Source: Microcoleaceae cyanobacterium (lineage in GTDB: Bacteria > Cyanobacteriota > Cyanobacteriia > Cyanobacteriales > Microcoleaceae). From it: 64,000 nt of DNA. Within the stretch, counting starts at the first letter, position 1; every line of letters begins with the position of its first letter. The translations under genes were made by a program, and so were the position numbers. The notes below the pieces were generated by a model. That model was not told the origin of the DNA. It saw only the letters and a list, made by a program, of their open reading frames with translations, and did not search any database. The stretch lies in assembly GCA_051652765.1 (NCBI GenBank), contig JBOFUV010000118.1, positions 1 to 64,000 on the forward strand. Direction: 5' to 3'. Below are positions 43,918 to 53,490 of the stretch, piece by piece.

Positions 43918-45414
43918 TTAGTTGTATTTTGTGAAGGTTTTCTCAAGTGCAGTCAAATCTAGACAATTCAAGATACTAGCTTTGATAGGTCGCTTCTCAT
44001 CCCAAAACGTCAAGCAAGAATAAAAAGTTGTAGCCACTTGAGAAGTCAAAAGACCAAAAGCAATGCAAGCAGCTTGTTCGTTTTCAAAGCCAAGAAAGTA
44101 GACCGTATCATCAAAAACAACAGGTTTAGTGCCGATAGAATTAACCAACCTAAAGTTTAGGCGTTTATCAAGGCCACAAATCGCGATTTTCCAAGCTGTA
44201 AACGTATAGTCTCCAACTCCAAAGATCGAAAAGCGAGGAGTGTTTTTGTAAATTCTACTTTTTCTGGCCTCTAGATACTTTGAGTTCTTTTCCAGGTAAC
44301 TCCATGTTTTAGGGGCAATATTTTGGATTGACTCTGTTGACTGACCAACATTTTTTTGAGGGAGTAAAACGCATTTTCCAGCTCTATCTATTTTTCCATT
44401 CATAATATCAGATCCTTTTAGCAGAGGATAGAGATAAGTCTCTTCGATATCAACGCTCTCGCCAAAGCCATTAGTGAATCCATCTTTTCTCCGCCAAAGT
44501 TCCATAACATTTGAGCAGTCATGTTTGACCCCAGAACGCCATTTTTTTGGATTTCTAGGGTTAAAGAGTGGACTAACTAGTTGGAAGGATTCGATATCTG
44601 TGATTAGGGTCTGGTCATAGTATCCTAATTGATAGCTATTAGAACCATTCAAACTCTCGAAAACATGACAAAAATAATGGTGTGAATTTGACTCAAATTT
44701 ACAGATCAATAAACAAGCTGCAACTGTTGCACTAAAACATTCTCTGGCATTGATTGGATGAGTTGAGCAATAAGCTAGATTTAAACGTTGACTATGAATG
44801 TAGTTGAGGAGTTTCCGGGCAACTGATGTTTTACACAACATTGCAAGACAACCATTGCGAGGATGTATCCAGTCCAAGACCTGAATCAACATCCATTCTG
44901 AAATGTCAAAATTGCTCTTGCCTGTGATTGCGTCTAAGCCAAGATGTTTCTGAAAGTTATGCTTGTGAGGTAAGTTGGGACTCCCCATTCTGCCTTGTTG
45001 GGAGTTGGTTACCCAGGGAAAATTACCCAAAATCAGAATTTCTCCCTGACAACTTTCAATCAAGGACGACCAATTAAACTCGAAAAAATCTTTGTGATAT
45101 AGCTCAATCTTTCGATTCTCTAACCCATTTTCGGTGTTTTTAATTGCTTGTGAACTAGTTATTTGTGAACTAGTTACTTGTGAATTGATTGTTTGTAAAT
45201 GGGTTGAGTTGATGTCTACGCCAATGATTCTTTCTGCCGAACTAAATACTTCTGAGGCAGCCCTGATAAAATTCCCAACCCCACAGGTTGGTTCGATCAC
45301 AACCTGTGGATTAATGCCTAATTCAGACACTTTTCGACACACCTGAGTTGCCAAATCTAGAGGTGTTTGAAAATCACCATATTCTTTCTTGGCTTTGAAT
45401 TTAACTGGAGTCAT
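43918..45414 (-). CDS. SAM-dependent amino-DNA methyltransferase (motif I before motif IV), apparently orphan
   Basis: YGDFQTP, VIEPTCGVGNF (motif I), GVDIN, DFF, ILGNFPW (motif IV variant); AT-rich; I saw no HIP1 site in it. Confidence 0.85.
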   Translation of the reverse strand: MTPVKFKAKKEYGDFQTPLDLATQVCRKVSELGINPQVVIEPTCGVGNFIRAASEVFSSAERIIGVDINSTHLQTINSQVTSSQITSSQAIKNTENGLENRKIELYHKDFFEFNWSSLIESCQGEILILGNFPWVTNSQQGRMGSPNLPHKHNFQKHLGLDAITGKSNFDISEWMLIQVLDWIHPRNGCLAMLCKTSVARKLLNYIHSQRLNLAYCSTHPINARECFSATVAACLLICKFESNSHHYFCHVFESLNGSNSYQLGYYDQTLITDIESFQLVSPLFNPRNPKKWRSGVKHDCSNVMELWRRKDGFTNGFGESVDIEETYLYPLLKGSDIMNGKIDRAGKCVLLPQKNVGQSTESIQNIAPKTWSYLEKNSKYLEARKSRIYKNTPRFSIFGVGDYTFTAWKIAICGLDKRLNFRLVNSIGTKPVVFDDTVYFLGFENEQAACIAFGLLTSQVATTFYSCLTFWDEKRPIKASILNCLDLTALEKTFTKYN

Positions 45415-45454
45415 TATTCTTTTAATATTCTCGCAATCTTGTACTACCTCTGAC

Positions 45455-46231
45455 TTAATTTCTCGCCCTTAATTTCTCGCCAAGTCTCAGAATTTGTCCA
45501 GCCAGAACCGCTGCACCGAAGCCATTGTCAATGTTAACAACACCAATTCCAGGGGTACAGGAGTTCAACATGGTCAGCAGGGGAGCCAAGCCTTGAAAAC
45601 TCGCCCCGTAACCCACACTGGTGGGAACGGCAATTACAGGACAGTCTACCAAGCCCGCGACTACACTGGGCAGGGCTCCTTCCATACCAGCGACCACAAT
45701 CAGGACATCTGCTTGTTCAATTAAGGGGCGATGGCTGAGCAGACGATGAATTCCCGCGACCCCAACATCCCAGAGTCGTTGCACCGCAAACCCAGATAAC
45801 ATGGCCGTAACCGATGCCTCCTCTGCCACAGGCAGATCAGCCGTACCCGCTGTGAGAATTGTGATGGTTCCAGACGCTTGAACGGTAGGGTTCTGGGGGT
45901 GCAGAGCACAGATTTTAGCAAGAGGATAATAAACCAGTTCTGGAATCTCAGCTTGTAACTGTTCGAAAATCTCAGGCTCAATCCGAGTTGCCATCACAAC
46001 GGGATGATGCTGAGCCATCGTCTGGATAATTTTAATAATTTGCTCTGGGGTTTTTCCGGGACCCCAAATTACTTCTGGAAATCCAGTTCGAAGCTGACGA
46101 TGGTGATCAATTCTGGCAAAGTCTTCGACCGGCTCAAAGGTCATATATTTCAACTTTTCCAAGGCACTGGTTAGGCTAAGCTGGCCGCTGGCAACTGATT
46201 GCAACAGGGCCTTAAGAGCGTCAGGAGTCAT
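45455..46231 (-). CDS. larB: LarB/CpmA family (PurE-like; NPN-cofactor carboxylase homolog, circadian phase modifier in cyanobacteria)
   Basis: FARID.HR..RTGFPEVIWG.GKT, AGTADLPVAEEA, DVGVAGIHRL, AGMEGALPSVV, PTSVGYG, VVNIDNGFGAA. Confidence 0.92.
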   Translation of the reverse strand: MTPDALKALLQSVASGQLSLTSALEKLKYMTFEPVEDFARIDHHRQLRTGFPEVIWGPGKTPEQIIKIIQTMAQHHPVVMATRIEPEIFEQLQAEIPELVYYPLAKICALHPQNPTVQASGTITILTAGTADLPVAEEASVTAMLSGFAVQRLWDVGVAGIHRLLSHRPLIEQADVLIVVAGMEGALPSVVAGLVDCPVIAVPTSVGYGASFQGLAPLLTMLNSCTPGIGVVNIDNGFGAAVLAGQILRLGEKLRARN

Positions 46232-46279
46232 GATGGCATAAAGTGATGAACAGAATTTGTTAGCGTATTGCTGATTAGC

Positions 46280-48085
46280 TTATTCCTTAATTTTCAACTC
46301 ATACAGATTCCAAAATGCACCTCCAAGAGGGGTGTATTCAAAGTTCTCAAAGCGATCGCGAACCGCCTCAAATGAAAGGGGATTCACCATGTACAGAAAT
46401 GGCAATTCCTCTGCTACGATTTTTTGAAATTCACCGTAAAGTTGTCGCCGTTTATTCTCATCAAATTCTTGAGAGGCTTGAACGAAAATATCATCCACTC
46501 TCTGTTCCCAGTCTGAAACGACCCATCCTGTAATGCCTTCCTCTCCGGGCTGAGGCCCTTGATTGAAGGTGTGCAGCCGTCCATTGATTGACCAAATATT
46601 ATAGCCGCCGTGGGGTTCTACGCCACTCCCTCCGGTAAACCCCCCTAAATAAGCATCCCAATCTCGAGCCTGGGAAAGGCGCTCCACATAGGTATTAAAG
46701 CTCAAGAATTGGGTATCCATCTGAATCCCAAGTCTACTTAAGTCCTGATTGATTTGAGTCGCCATCTGTTCTCTAACTTTCTTCCCCGCACTCACCAGCA
46801 AGGTAAAGCGGACAGGGTTTCCTTGATCGTCGATTAATTTGCCCGCTTGATCATAGGAGAAACCCGCACTCAGCAAAAGCTGTTTGGCTTTTTCAGGATT
46901 GTATTCATAGGTTCTGAGCCCCTCTTCTGGAGACAGATAAAATGGACTTTGAACGGGAATAGAAGAGTGTTGGGGTGCGCCGAGTCCCAAATAGATATTG
47001 TTGTTCATCACCTCGCGATTAATCCCGTAGTACACAGCTTGCCGAAAGGATCTGTTATTAAACCAACGGGATTTTACCGGGTCAACAAACGGCTTTCCCT
47101 GAGCATTTTTTCCTTGATTGAGGTTAAAGGCAACAAAGATGGTGCCTGTATCTGGCCCAGAGCTATGAATTGTATACTTTCCCCGGTCTTCCTCTGGTTT
47201 TAAGAGTGGAAAAGCTTCAGGCTGTACCTCCAAAGCATCGAGAGAACCTGACCGAAAATTTAGAAGCTGGTTATCTGTGCTTTCAATAATTCGCCAAACC
47301 ACTTGTTCAATGAAAGGTTGAGAATTTCCAGCTTCATCCTGCCGCCAGTAATAGGGATTTTTTTCAAGTACCACTCGCTGGTTAGAAGTATAGTTTCGCA
47401 ACCGATAGGCTCCATTCCCCACAATCTGCGTTGGATCGGTATCAGTTCCCCAAGTCGTTAAAAACTCAGGATTTCCATCTTTATCCGTTTTCCGAACAGT
47501 TTCTGCCAAAATGTGAGCGGGCAAAATAGGCAAACCTCCTACATACCGAACAAAGGGAGCAAAAGGCTCGGTCACAGAAAATTTAACCCGGCGAGCATCT
47601 AGTTTTTCAATCGTTGGAAATTGACGACTTTGTCCCACTCGGAGGATGTCTTTAAAGCTACTGGGAATTTGATCGTTGAGATAGACATCTTTGTAAGTGA
47701 ATAGAATATCATCTGCGGTCATGGGTTTCCCATCTGACCATTTTAAGTCCTCGCGCAGGGTAATAATAATCTCTCGGCCACTGGGAGCAACCTGCCAAGA
47801 TTCAGCCAATCCAGGCTCTAATGCTCCAGTGACTGGATGTTCCTGGATGAGAGAATCGTAGATGTAGCCGAAGACACTATAAGCAGACTGATTCAGGGGA
47901 TAGTTGAAGGTACTTGGGCCACTGGGGGTTGGAATGACTAAGCGAGAGGGCAAACTAGACTGGGCTGGGCGACATGCTCCAAGGGCGATCGCCAATATTA
48001 TGACAATTCCCAGTTTCCAAATTTGCTGATAATGCAGTTGCCAATCCTGCAACTGCTGCAAAAATCCTGTGCAGAACCGTTTCAT
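46280..48085 (-). CDS. Peptide/nickel ABC transporter substrate-binding lipoprotein (family 5)
   Basis: LGAC lipobox; PGLAESW, LREDLKWSDG.P.TADD..FT, FRQAV...INR. Confidence 0.92.
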   Translation of the reverse strand: MKRFCTGFLQQLQDWQLHYQQIWKLGIVIILAIALGACRPAQSSLPSRLVIPTPSGPSTFNYPLNQSAYSVFGYIYDSLIQEHPVTGALEPGLAESWQVAPSGREIIITLREDLKWSDGKPMTADDILFTYKDVYLNDQIPSSFKDILRVGQSRQFPTIEKLDARRVKFSVTEPFAPFVRYVGGLPILPAHILAETVRKTDKDGNPEFLTTWGTDTDPTQIVGNGAYRLRNYTSNQRVVLEKNPYYWRQDEAGNSQPFIEQVVWRIIESTDNQLLNFRSGSLDALEVQPEAFPLLKPEEDRGKYTIHSSGPDTGTIFVAFNLNQGKNAQGKPFVDPVKSRWFNNRSFRQAVYYGINREVMNNNIYLGLGAPQHSSIPVQSPFYLSPEEGLRTYEYNPEKAKQLLLSAGFSYDQAGKLIDDQGNPVRFTLLVSAGKKVREQMATQINQDLSRLGIQMDTQFLSFNTYVERLSQARDWDAYLGGFTGGSGVEPHGGYNIWSINGRLHTFNQGPQPGEEGITGWVVSDWEQRVDDIFVQASQEFDENKRRQLYGEFQKIVAEELPFLYMVNPLSFEAVRDRFENFEYTPLGGAFWNLYELKIKE

Positions 48086-48149
48086 TCTTTCTTAAGACCC
48101 TCAATATTTAAAGTATAAAACGATGCTTTAATAGTAATCCGTTTTCAGT

Positions 48150-48962
48150 TTAACCCTGGTTTAACTTCGTGCCACATTGTTTGCAAAATTGGGCATCGAG
48201 ATCATGTGCTGACCAGCTACAGGTGGAACATTTCACTTCCATGAGTTGAGTGGTCTTCAATAATTGCTTGATCAGATCTCCCACCTGCCAGGGAATCAGA
48301 GCAATTCCAATTAAGATCATCAAGATGGTTAAAAATCGTCCGGCTTGCGACTGGGGGGTGACATCTCCAAATCCCACAGTAGTCATGGTCACCACACAAA
48401 AGTAAACTGCATCCAGGAACGTCCTAAAAACGTTAGGGTTAATTGGGTTTTCCACCTGGTAAATCAGGCCAGAAAACACAAAAATAATGATGATCAACGT
48501 GAAAATGATTCGAGCCAGAATTATGCCATCTTCTCGATGAATTTGAAAGATTGAAATCTTAACATCGATAAATCGGATCAGACGTAAAACTCTAAACCAG
48601 CGAACAATTCGCAAAAAACTAATGTTAACAAATCCCAAAAATAAGGGAGAAATTACAATCAAGTCAATGATTGATAGGGGATGTAAGAGAAACTTAAATT
48701 TTCTCTCCGCCACCCAAAACCGAATGCAATATTCAACCGCAAAACAAAGTAAAATGGCTCGGTCTAAAACCCTAAATTGTATTCGCAACTCCGGAGAGAT
48801 CGAATAGGTTTCGATGACAAACAGGGTAGCTGACACTAGAATCAGCCCCGCAAAACCGAGACTGATAAATTTACCCAGAGGAGTATCAATGTCTTCCAAA
48901 TAGAAAGCAATATCTTGACGAAGATTTTGCCCTGATCGAGTGGCAATAGGCGGTTGAGCCAT
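48150..48962 (-). CDS. Voltage-gated-type potassium channel with C-terminal CxxC..CxxC motif
   Basis: S4-like RIVRWFRVLRLIR; pore TMTTVGFGDVTP. Confidence 0.92.
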   Translation of the reverse strand: MAQPPIATRSGQNLRQDIAFYLEDIDTPLGKFISLGFAGLILVSATLFVIETYSISPELRIQFRVLDRAILLCFAVEYCIRFWVAERKFKFLLHPLSIIDLIVISPLFLGFVNISFLRIVRWFRVLRLIRFIDVKISIFQIHREDGIILARIIFTLIIIIFVFSGLIYQVENPINPNVFRTFLDAVYFCVVTMTTVGFGDVTPQSQAGRFLTILMILIGIALIPWQVGDLIKQLLKTTQLMEVKCSTCSWSAHDLDAQFCKQCGTKLNQG

Positions 48963-49020
48963 CAGTAGTCAACAGTAACTAACGGGTTGATTTTCAATAA
49001 AAAACTATTGATTTAAGTCA

Positions 49021-50652
49021 TTAATTGAGCAACTTCTGAATCCGAGTTTTGGTTTCTGGACTTGCCTTGGATTGTTCATTCAGCCAATTAATCGCTTCAC
49101 TACGTCCTGCTTGAGCGGCAACGACTAAAGCTCCCCAAACCTGTAAATCGGGTTCGTTTGGGCTCTCTAACAAAGCAGCTTGAATTCGAGTCGTCAAACG
49201 TCCGTCATCGGCTTGCAGTAACGTGCTCACTTCAGTCGGGTTAATTTCCCGGTTCTGAACAACGTCCAATGCCTCCGTCCAGCGACCGTCAATTAACCCA
49301 GCCAAAACCTTCTGGCTTGGACTTGCCCAGGCAGCTTGGGCTTGAGCCTTGGTGATTTTGGCATGGAACTGAATCAAATCAAACTGAGACTGGGCCAAAA
49401 TAGGCCACTGATCGGGGGAGTCTCGATCTTTTCCAACCTTTTGCTTCACCGGCTTGATTAATTCCATGGCTGGAGACCAGAGGCCACTTCGAGCTAGACG
49501 CAAAGCTTGGCGATAGGAGTCATTATCCACCACTTCTTCGTCCAAAGAAATATTAGTCAGTTGAACCGGATTGGGAACGAATCTTTGGGGCTTCACTTGA
49601 TAGACATCAAATTGAGGCTCTAAACCAATGGTTTCTTCGACCAACAGCTCAGGTTCCCGACTCCCCGTCACCTGCTGCCAAATCGGTTGTTGACCCGCCG
49701 AACTTTTCCACTCCAGCATCATGCTGAGATGGTAATAGGCTGGATTGTAGTGAATCACCTTCCCATAGGGAACTGTTTTTCGCCCCATCACCCGTTCCCC
49801 ACTCAAGTTAAACCAGAGGCCCTGAGAGGGAATATTCCCTACAAACTGACTTACCTTAGTCAGAGGAAGGGACTTGTTTGAACCCTGCTGATTGGCTCGA
49901 TTGCCAATGAACGGAGCAATCACATAAGACTCTGCAGGGCCTTTAGCCTCAAGCTGATGAGCCAGACGAAAATATTTAGGACTACCGGGCCGTTGGTAGG
50001 GGGGGTCAACGCCCTTGTAAACCCTCAGTTCAACAATTTCTGTACAGTCCGATTTACACGGATGGGAACTGTTGGAGACCCGCTTTTGCAACACGGGAAT
50101 TAACACATCCGATGAAGCCTGCACCAATGTATCCTTGGAACGCAGGAAAGGCTTGAGAAAACTTAAAAATTCTATACTGATCGCGTCGGAGGAATTCTTC
50201 GTGTCGAAGGAGGGCAGGGGTAGCGGATTGCCTATGGTTAAATTTTGTTCCTTCAAACGCGCTTGAATCTCATCCAAGGTCTGAATCGCTTCATGACGCT
50301 GGAGGGGAATCTGAGTCGAAGCAGGGAGAAACTGATTCAGCCAAATTCCAATATCGGGCTCAAGAATCAATCGATAGCTGAACCAACCACTGGCGGCAAT
50401 TAGGGCTGATCCGCCAAACATCAGGGTAAACGCAACTCCATCTGCCATCCACTTATGCCAGAAGGAAGAGAGTGAACGACGATTGGGCCGTGAGGGATCT
50501 TTCAAAGGCCGCAATGAACGGACAGAAGCGGACTTCACACTCATGGAACGTGCAGAATCACGGGGCTTGAGCCATCCGAACCTTTGCAACAGTCGAATCA
50601 TTTGGGGGAGGGTTTTTGGGGTGCGGTTTCTCTGATAAGACTTGTTATCCAT
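49021..50652 (-). CDS. Hypothetical membrane-anchored protein
   Basis: 543-aa ORF with one hydrophobic segment near the N-terminus; no recognised catalytic motif. Confidence 0.7.
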   Translation of the reverse strand: MDNKSYQRNRTPKTLPQMIRLLQRFGWLKPRDSARSMSVKSASVRSLRPLKDPSRPNRRSLSSFWHKWMADGVAFTLMFGGSALIAASGWFSYRLILEPDIGIWLNQFLPASTQIPLQRHEAIQTLDEIQARLKEQNLTIGNPLPLPSFDTKNSSDAISIEFLSFLKPFLRSKDTLVQASSDVLIPVLQKRVSNSSHPCKSDCTEIVELRVYKGVDPPYQRPGSPKYFRLAHQLEAKGPAESYVIAPFIGNRANQQGSNKSLPLTKVSQFVGNIPSQGLWFNLSGERVMGRKTVPYGKVIHYNPAYYHLSMMLEWKSSAGQQPIWQQVTGSREPELLVEETIGLEPQFDVYQVKPQRFVPNPVQLTNISLDEEVVDNDSYRQALRLARSGLWSPAMELIKPVKQKVGKDRDSPDQWPILAQSQFDLIQFHAKITKAQAQAAWASPSQKVLAGLIDGRWTEALDVVQNREINPTEVSTLLQADDGRLTTRIQAALLESPNEPDLQVWGALVVAAQAGRSEAINWLNEQSKASPETKTRIQKLLN

Positions 50653-50928
50653 TGTCCGTCATCCATTGTCCAAGTTTTACCTGTCCTCTGTTATGGATTG
50701 AGTCAAGAAAAAACCTTGAGACTTAGATTGGCCTCTCATTCTGTATCAAGGCTGGGGGTTTGTCAAACTGGATTGGGCTGTGTAGGTTGATCTCGATCGG
50801 GCGAGACCGACACTTGTCAAGCAATCTCCTTCAAGCAATAGCCCTCAAGTTAACACTTGGAAGGCGGGTTGGGCTTCCTCGCGTCACCCCAATCCACAAA
50901 ATTAATCTGGTCTGATCTAGACAAACCC

Positions 50929-52143
50929 TTAGCTGAGCAACACGGCTTCATAAGCCTGACCTGCCTGTTTCCAAGTGTACTCGGATTCGATCAGCGATCG
51001 CCCATTTTGGGATAATTGCTGCCTGAGGCAGTCATCTTCAAATAACTGACCAATTGCTCTAACATAATCCAAGACTGTATTGGCTCGCAAGGCTCTCAGG
51101 GGAACGTTGGTTCCATCCACTGCTAGCCCCTCTAGACCGCGATCGCTGGCTACAACCGGAACTCCTGTGGCCATTGCCTCTAAGGTTTTGTTCTTGATGC
51201 CGAAACCTGTTCGCATAGAAATTACACAAACCGTCGCTTGATTTAAATATTCGGCCATTGAAGGAACTCGACCTGTTACTTCAACCCCAGGACATTGGGA
51301 TAAGGCTTGAACTTCAGGCGTGGGTCGAGATCCAACCAACCCTAGGGTGGTGTCCGGGTAGTTTGCCTGAACCGCAGGCAGAATTTCTAAGGCCAAAAAT
51401 TGAGCCGCATCGATATTGGCTAAGTTGTCCATGGCTCCCACAAAAATTAATCGATGCCCGCCTGGGTCACTAGCACGATAGGGAAAGGTGTCTAAATCCA
51501 CCCCGTTGGGAATCACCGAAATTTGGGCTTGGGGATTAAAGGCGTTGAGTTGGTCTCGGTCATCCTCAGTGGTGGCGACAATTCGGGAAAACTTGGAACA
51601 ATAGCGCTTTTCGTAGCGATAAAGCAGGGGGAGATTCAGGCGATCGCGCCAAGGCTTTTCCGCCGTGCCTGTTTCCAACTGTTGACGACAAGTTCCGTAG
51701 ACTGAACTGTGAATATTGACCACTGTTTTCAACTGATGTTGCCACTGGGGTCGGACGTAGATTTCATTCACGCTGTGTTCACAGGTGATCGCCTCAAAAG
51801 TTCCGCTCTGAACCCATTGGTCAATTTGTTGTTGCATCTGAGGCGAATAATTGGACAGCACGCTGGGGGGTGTGCCTTGGGTGAGGAACTGAGCAAAACG
51901 ACTGACCTTGCCAGAAATTCCTGCAGGGCCATTGGCAGTTTGGGGTCGAGGAAACACGGCCAATTCGTCCACAATCTGACGCAGCGCCTCAATTTCTGCC
52001 TCCGTGACATCGGCTGAACGCTGGGTAGCGACCGTGATAGAATGACGTTGGCTTAAGTATTGCAGAAGATTGCAGGTTCTAACTTGTGTTCCTCCCCGAG
52101 TTGGAGGATAGGGAAAAGTTGCAGACAGCATTAAGATTTTCAT
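50929..52143 (-). CDS. Glycosyltransferase family 4
   Basis: MKILML...PYPP..GG, VIPNGVD, G.GIKNKTLEAMA.G.PVVAS. Confidence 0.93.
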   Translation of the reverse strand: MKILMLSATFPYPPTRGGTQVRTCNLLQYLSQRHSITVATQRSADVTEAEIEALRQIVDELAVFPRPQTANGPAGISGKVSRFAQFLTQGTPPSVLSNYSPQMQQQIDQWVQSGTFEAITCEHSVNEIYVRPQWQHQLKTVVNIHSSVYGTCRQQLETGTAEKPWRDRLNLPLLYRYEKRYCSKFSRIVATTEDDRDQLNAFNPQAQISVIPNGVDLDTFPYRASDPGGHRLIFVGAMDNLANIDAAQFLALEILPAVQANYPDTTLGLVGSRPTPEVQALSQCPGVEVTGRVPSMAEYLNQATVCVISMRTGFGIKNKTLEAMATGVPVVASDRGLEGLAVDGTNVPLRALRANTVLDYVRAIGQLFEDDCLRQQLSQNGRSLIESEYTWKQAGQAYEAVLLS

Positions 52144-52332
52144 CGAGCCAAATTGCCTAGGATTTATCCCTGAGTTGGAGTGATTCTAAACGTTGAGTCT
52201 TAGCAATTTTACTGCTTGACGAGGAAAAGACGGCAATGATTCTAGTAAAGGTGTAATCCTTTAAGGTTTAGTGCCTAAGGTCTAAAGTTTAATTCCTAAC
52301 ATTTAGTTTCCGGAGTTTAATAAAGTTTAATT

Positions 52333-52366
52333 TTTAAAATTTCATCTTTAAAAATGAAATTTTAAA
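52333..52366. repeat. 13-bp perfect inverted repeat in divergent GT4/GT2 promoter region
   Basis: TTTAAAATTTCAT-N8-ATGAAATTTTAAA; AT-rich, so significance is modest. Confidence 0.55.
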
Positions 52367-52402
52367 GTTTAATACTTGAAACCTAATACTTGAAATTTAA
52401 TA

Positions 52403-52609
52403 CTTAAAGCCGAATGCCTAAAGTTAGTATTTGTATTCCAACCTTCAATCGAGTTCAGTTGTTGCCCTTGGCCATCGAAAGTGTACTTCAACAAACAGAG
52501 CCAGATTGGGAATTGCTGGTTTGTGATGATGGTTCAAACGATAGAACTGCTGCGTTGATGTCTCAGTATACCGATCCTAGAATTCGTTACATTCGCCATC
52601 CTCAGAATA
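52403..52609 (+). repeat. 207-bp direct repeat, copy 1 (GT2 5' end)
   Basis: Matches 53284-53490 except A52429/G53310 and A52543/G53424. Confidence 0.97.
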
Positions 52610-52728
52610 ACGGTGGGCAGAAGGTGAAGGAACCAAGCCAGCAAGTTGTTATTAGTGCAGTAAACTTAGGAGGGGTAGTTGACAGAAATTTACTCTGGTT
52701 ATTTAAATGCTCCAGTAGTTTTAACTGA
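52414..52728 (+). pseudogene. Truncated copy of GT2 gene (first 65 codons, then unrelated sequence)
   Basis: MPKVSICIPTFNR...YIRHPQN matches 53295 ORF, then diverges; lacks the DDDD motif. Confidence 0.85.
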
Positions 52729-52999
52729 GGCGGCAATTGAACATATCCAAGATGAACACAAAAATACCTATCCGCTGTTTAGACAGGAGATTGTAGAAAC
52801 AGTCTCAAATCCAGATACCGTTAGGAGAAGCGCTAAAGATGGCATTTCTGTTTTGTTTGAAAAGTGGTTTGATACAGCTCTAAATGGAAGGTTCTATATT
52901 GTGGCCACTATCAGACGCGATTCCAACTCATACCGAATTAAGACTGCTTTTCCATCTAAGAAACCAGCAAAAGGAGAAGTACTGTGGAGAAAAAATTAG
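52679..52999 (+). CDS. Putative RNase toxin (PBECR/DUF4258-like, BECR/RelE-type fold)
   Basis: AGGAGG RBS (52668) before TTG; V.LT....EHI...H, I.ET..NPD.VRRS, IV......Y.I.TAF, K.GEVLW pattern; family call from memory of the motif. Confidence 0.65.
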   Translation: MTEIYSGYLNAPVVLTEAAIEHIQDEHKNTYPLFRQEIVETVSNPDTVRRSAKDGISVLFEKWFDTALNGRFYIVATIRRDSNSYRIKTAFPSKKPAKGEVLWRKN

Positions 53000-53256
53000 T
53001 CATTCGCTACAATCCAGCCCAGGGCTATTTAGCAATGGATAAAGGCATTTCACGCTATTTTGAGCAAGATATTGAAGAAATAGAGGAAGGTATTCTCTGT
53101 CGCACCAATCCCGAAACTGGAGAAATTGAAAATGTTGACCTCATGTACTTTTCTGCCGAGGTTCCTGGAGAAGAACGAAGAAAGATGCTGGGCCGAGCAG
53201 TTGAGCTTCTGTGTGGTTTGGACAGTGCTGTAATCCCAGTTGCCTACATTGCCTAG
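52984..53256 (+). CDS. Putative antitoxin (DUF2283-like)
   Basis: AAGGAG RBS (52971) before GTG, overlapping the upstream ORF by 16 nt; acidic; L.I.YN....YL, EEIEEGI..R.NP.TGEIEN..L pattern. Confidence 0.65.
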   Translation: MEKKLVIRYNPAQGYLAMDKGISRYFEQDIEEIEEGILCRTNPETGEIENVDLMYFSAEVPGEERRKMLGRAVELLCGLDSAVIPVAYIA

Positions 53257-53283
53257 TCCAAGTAATCGCAATTTAACGTAGTG

Positions 53284-53490
53284 CTTAAAGCCGAATGCCT
53301 AAAGTTAGTGTTTGTATTCCAACCTTCAATCGAGTTCAGTTGTTGCCCTTGGCCATCGAAAGTGTACTTCAACAAACAGAGCCAGATTGGGAATTGCTGG
53401 TTTGTGATGATGGTTCAAACGATGGAACTGCTGCGTTGATGTCTCAGTATACCGATCCTAGAATTCGTTACATTCGCCATCCTCAGAATA
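53284..53490 (+). repeat. 207-bp direct repeat, copy 2 (start of intact GT2)
   Basis: 881 bp downstream of copy 1; 205/207 identical. Confidence 0.97.

Noticed and set aside
52403..53490. Diversity-generating retroelement TR/VR pair (both mismatches are A in copy 1, G in copy 2)
   Set aside because: Only 2 differences, both common transitions; repeat is at the gene 5' end; no reverse transcriptase or Avd gene in the window
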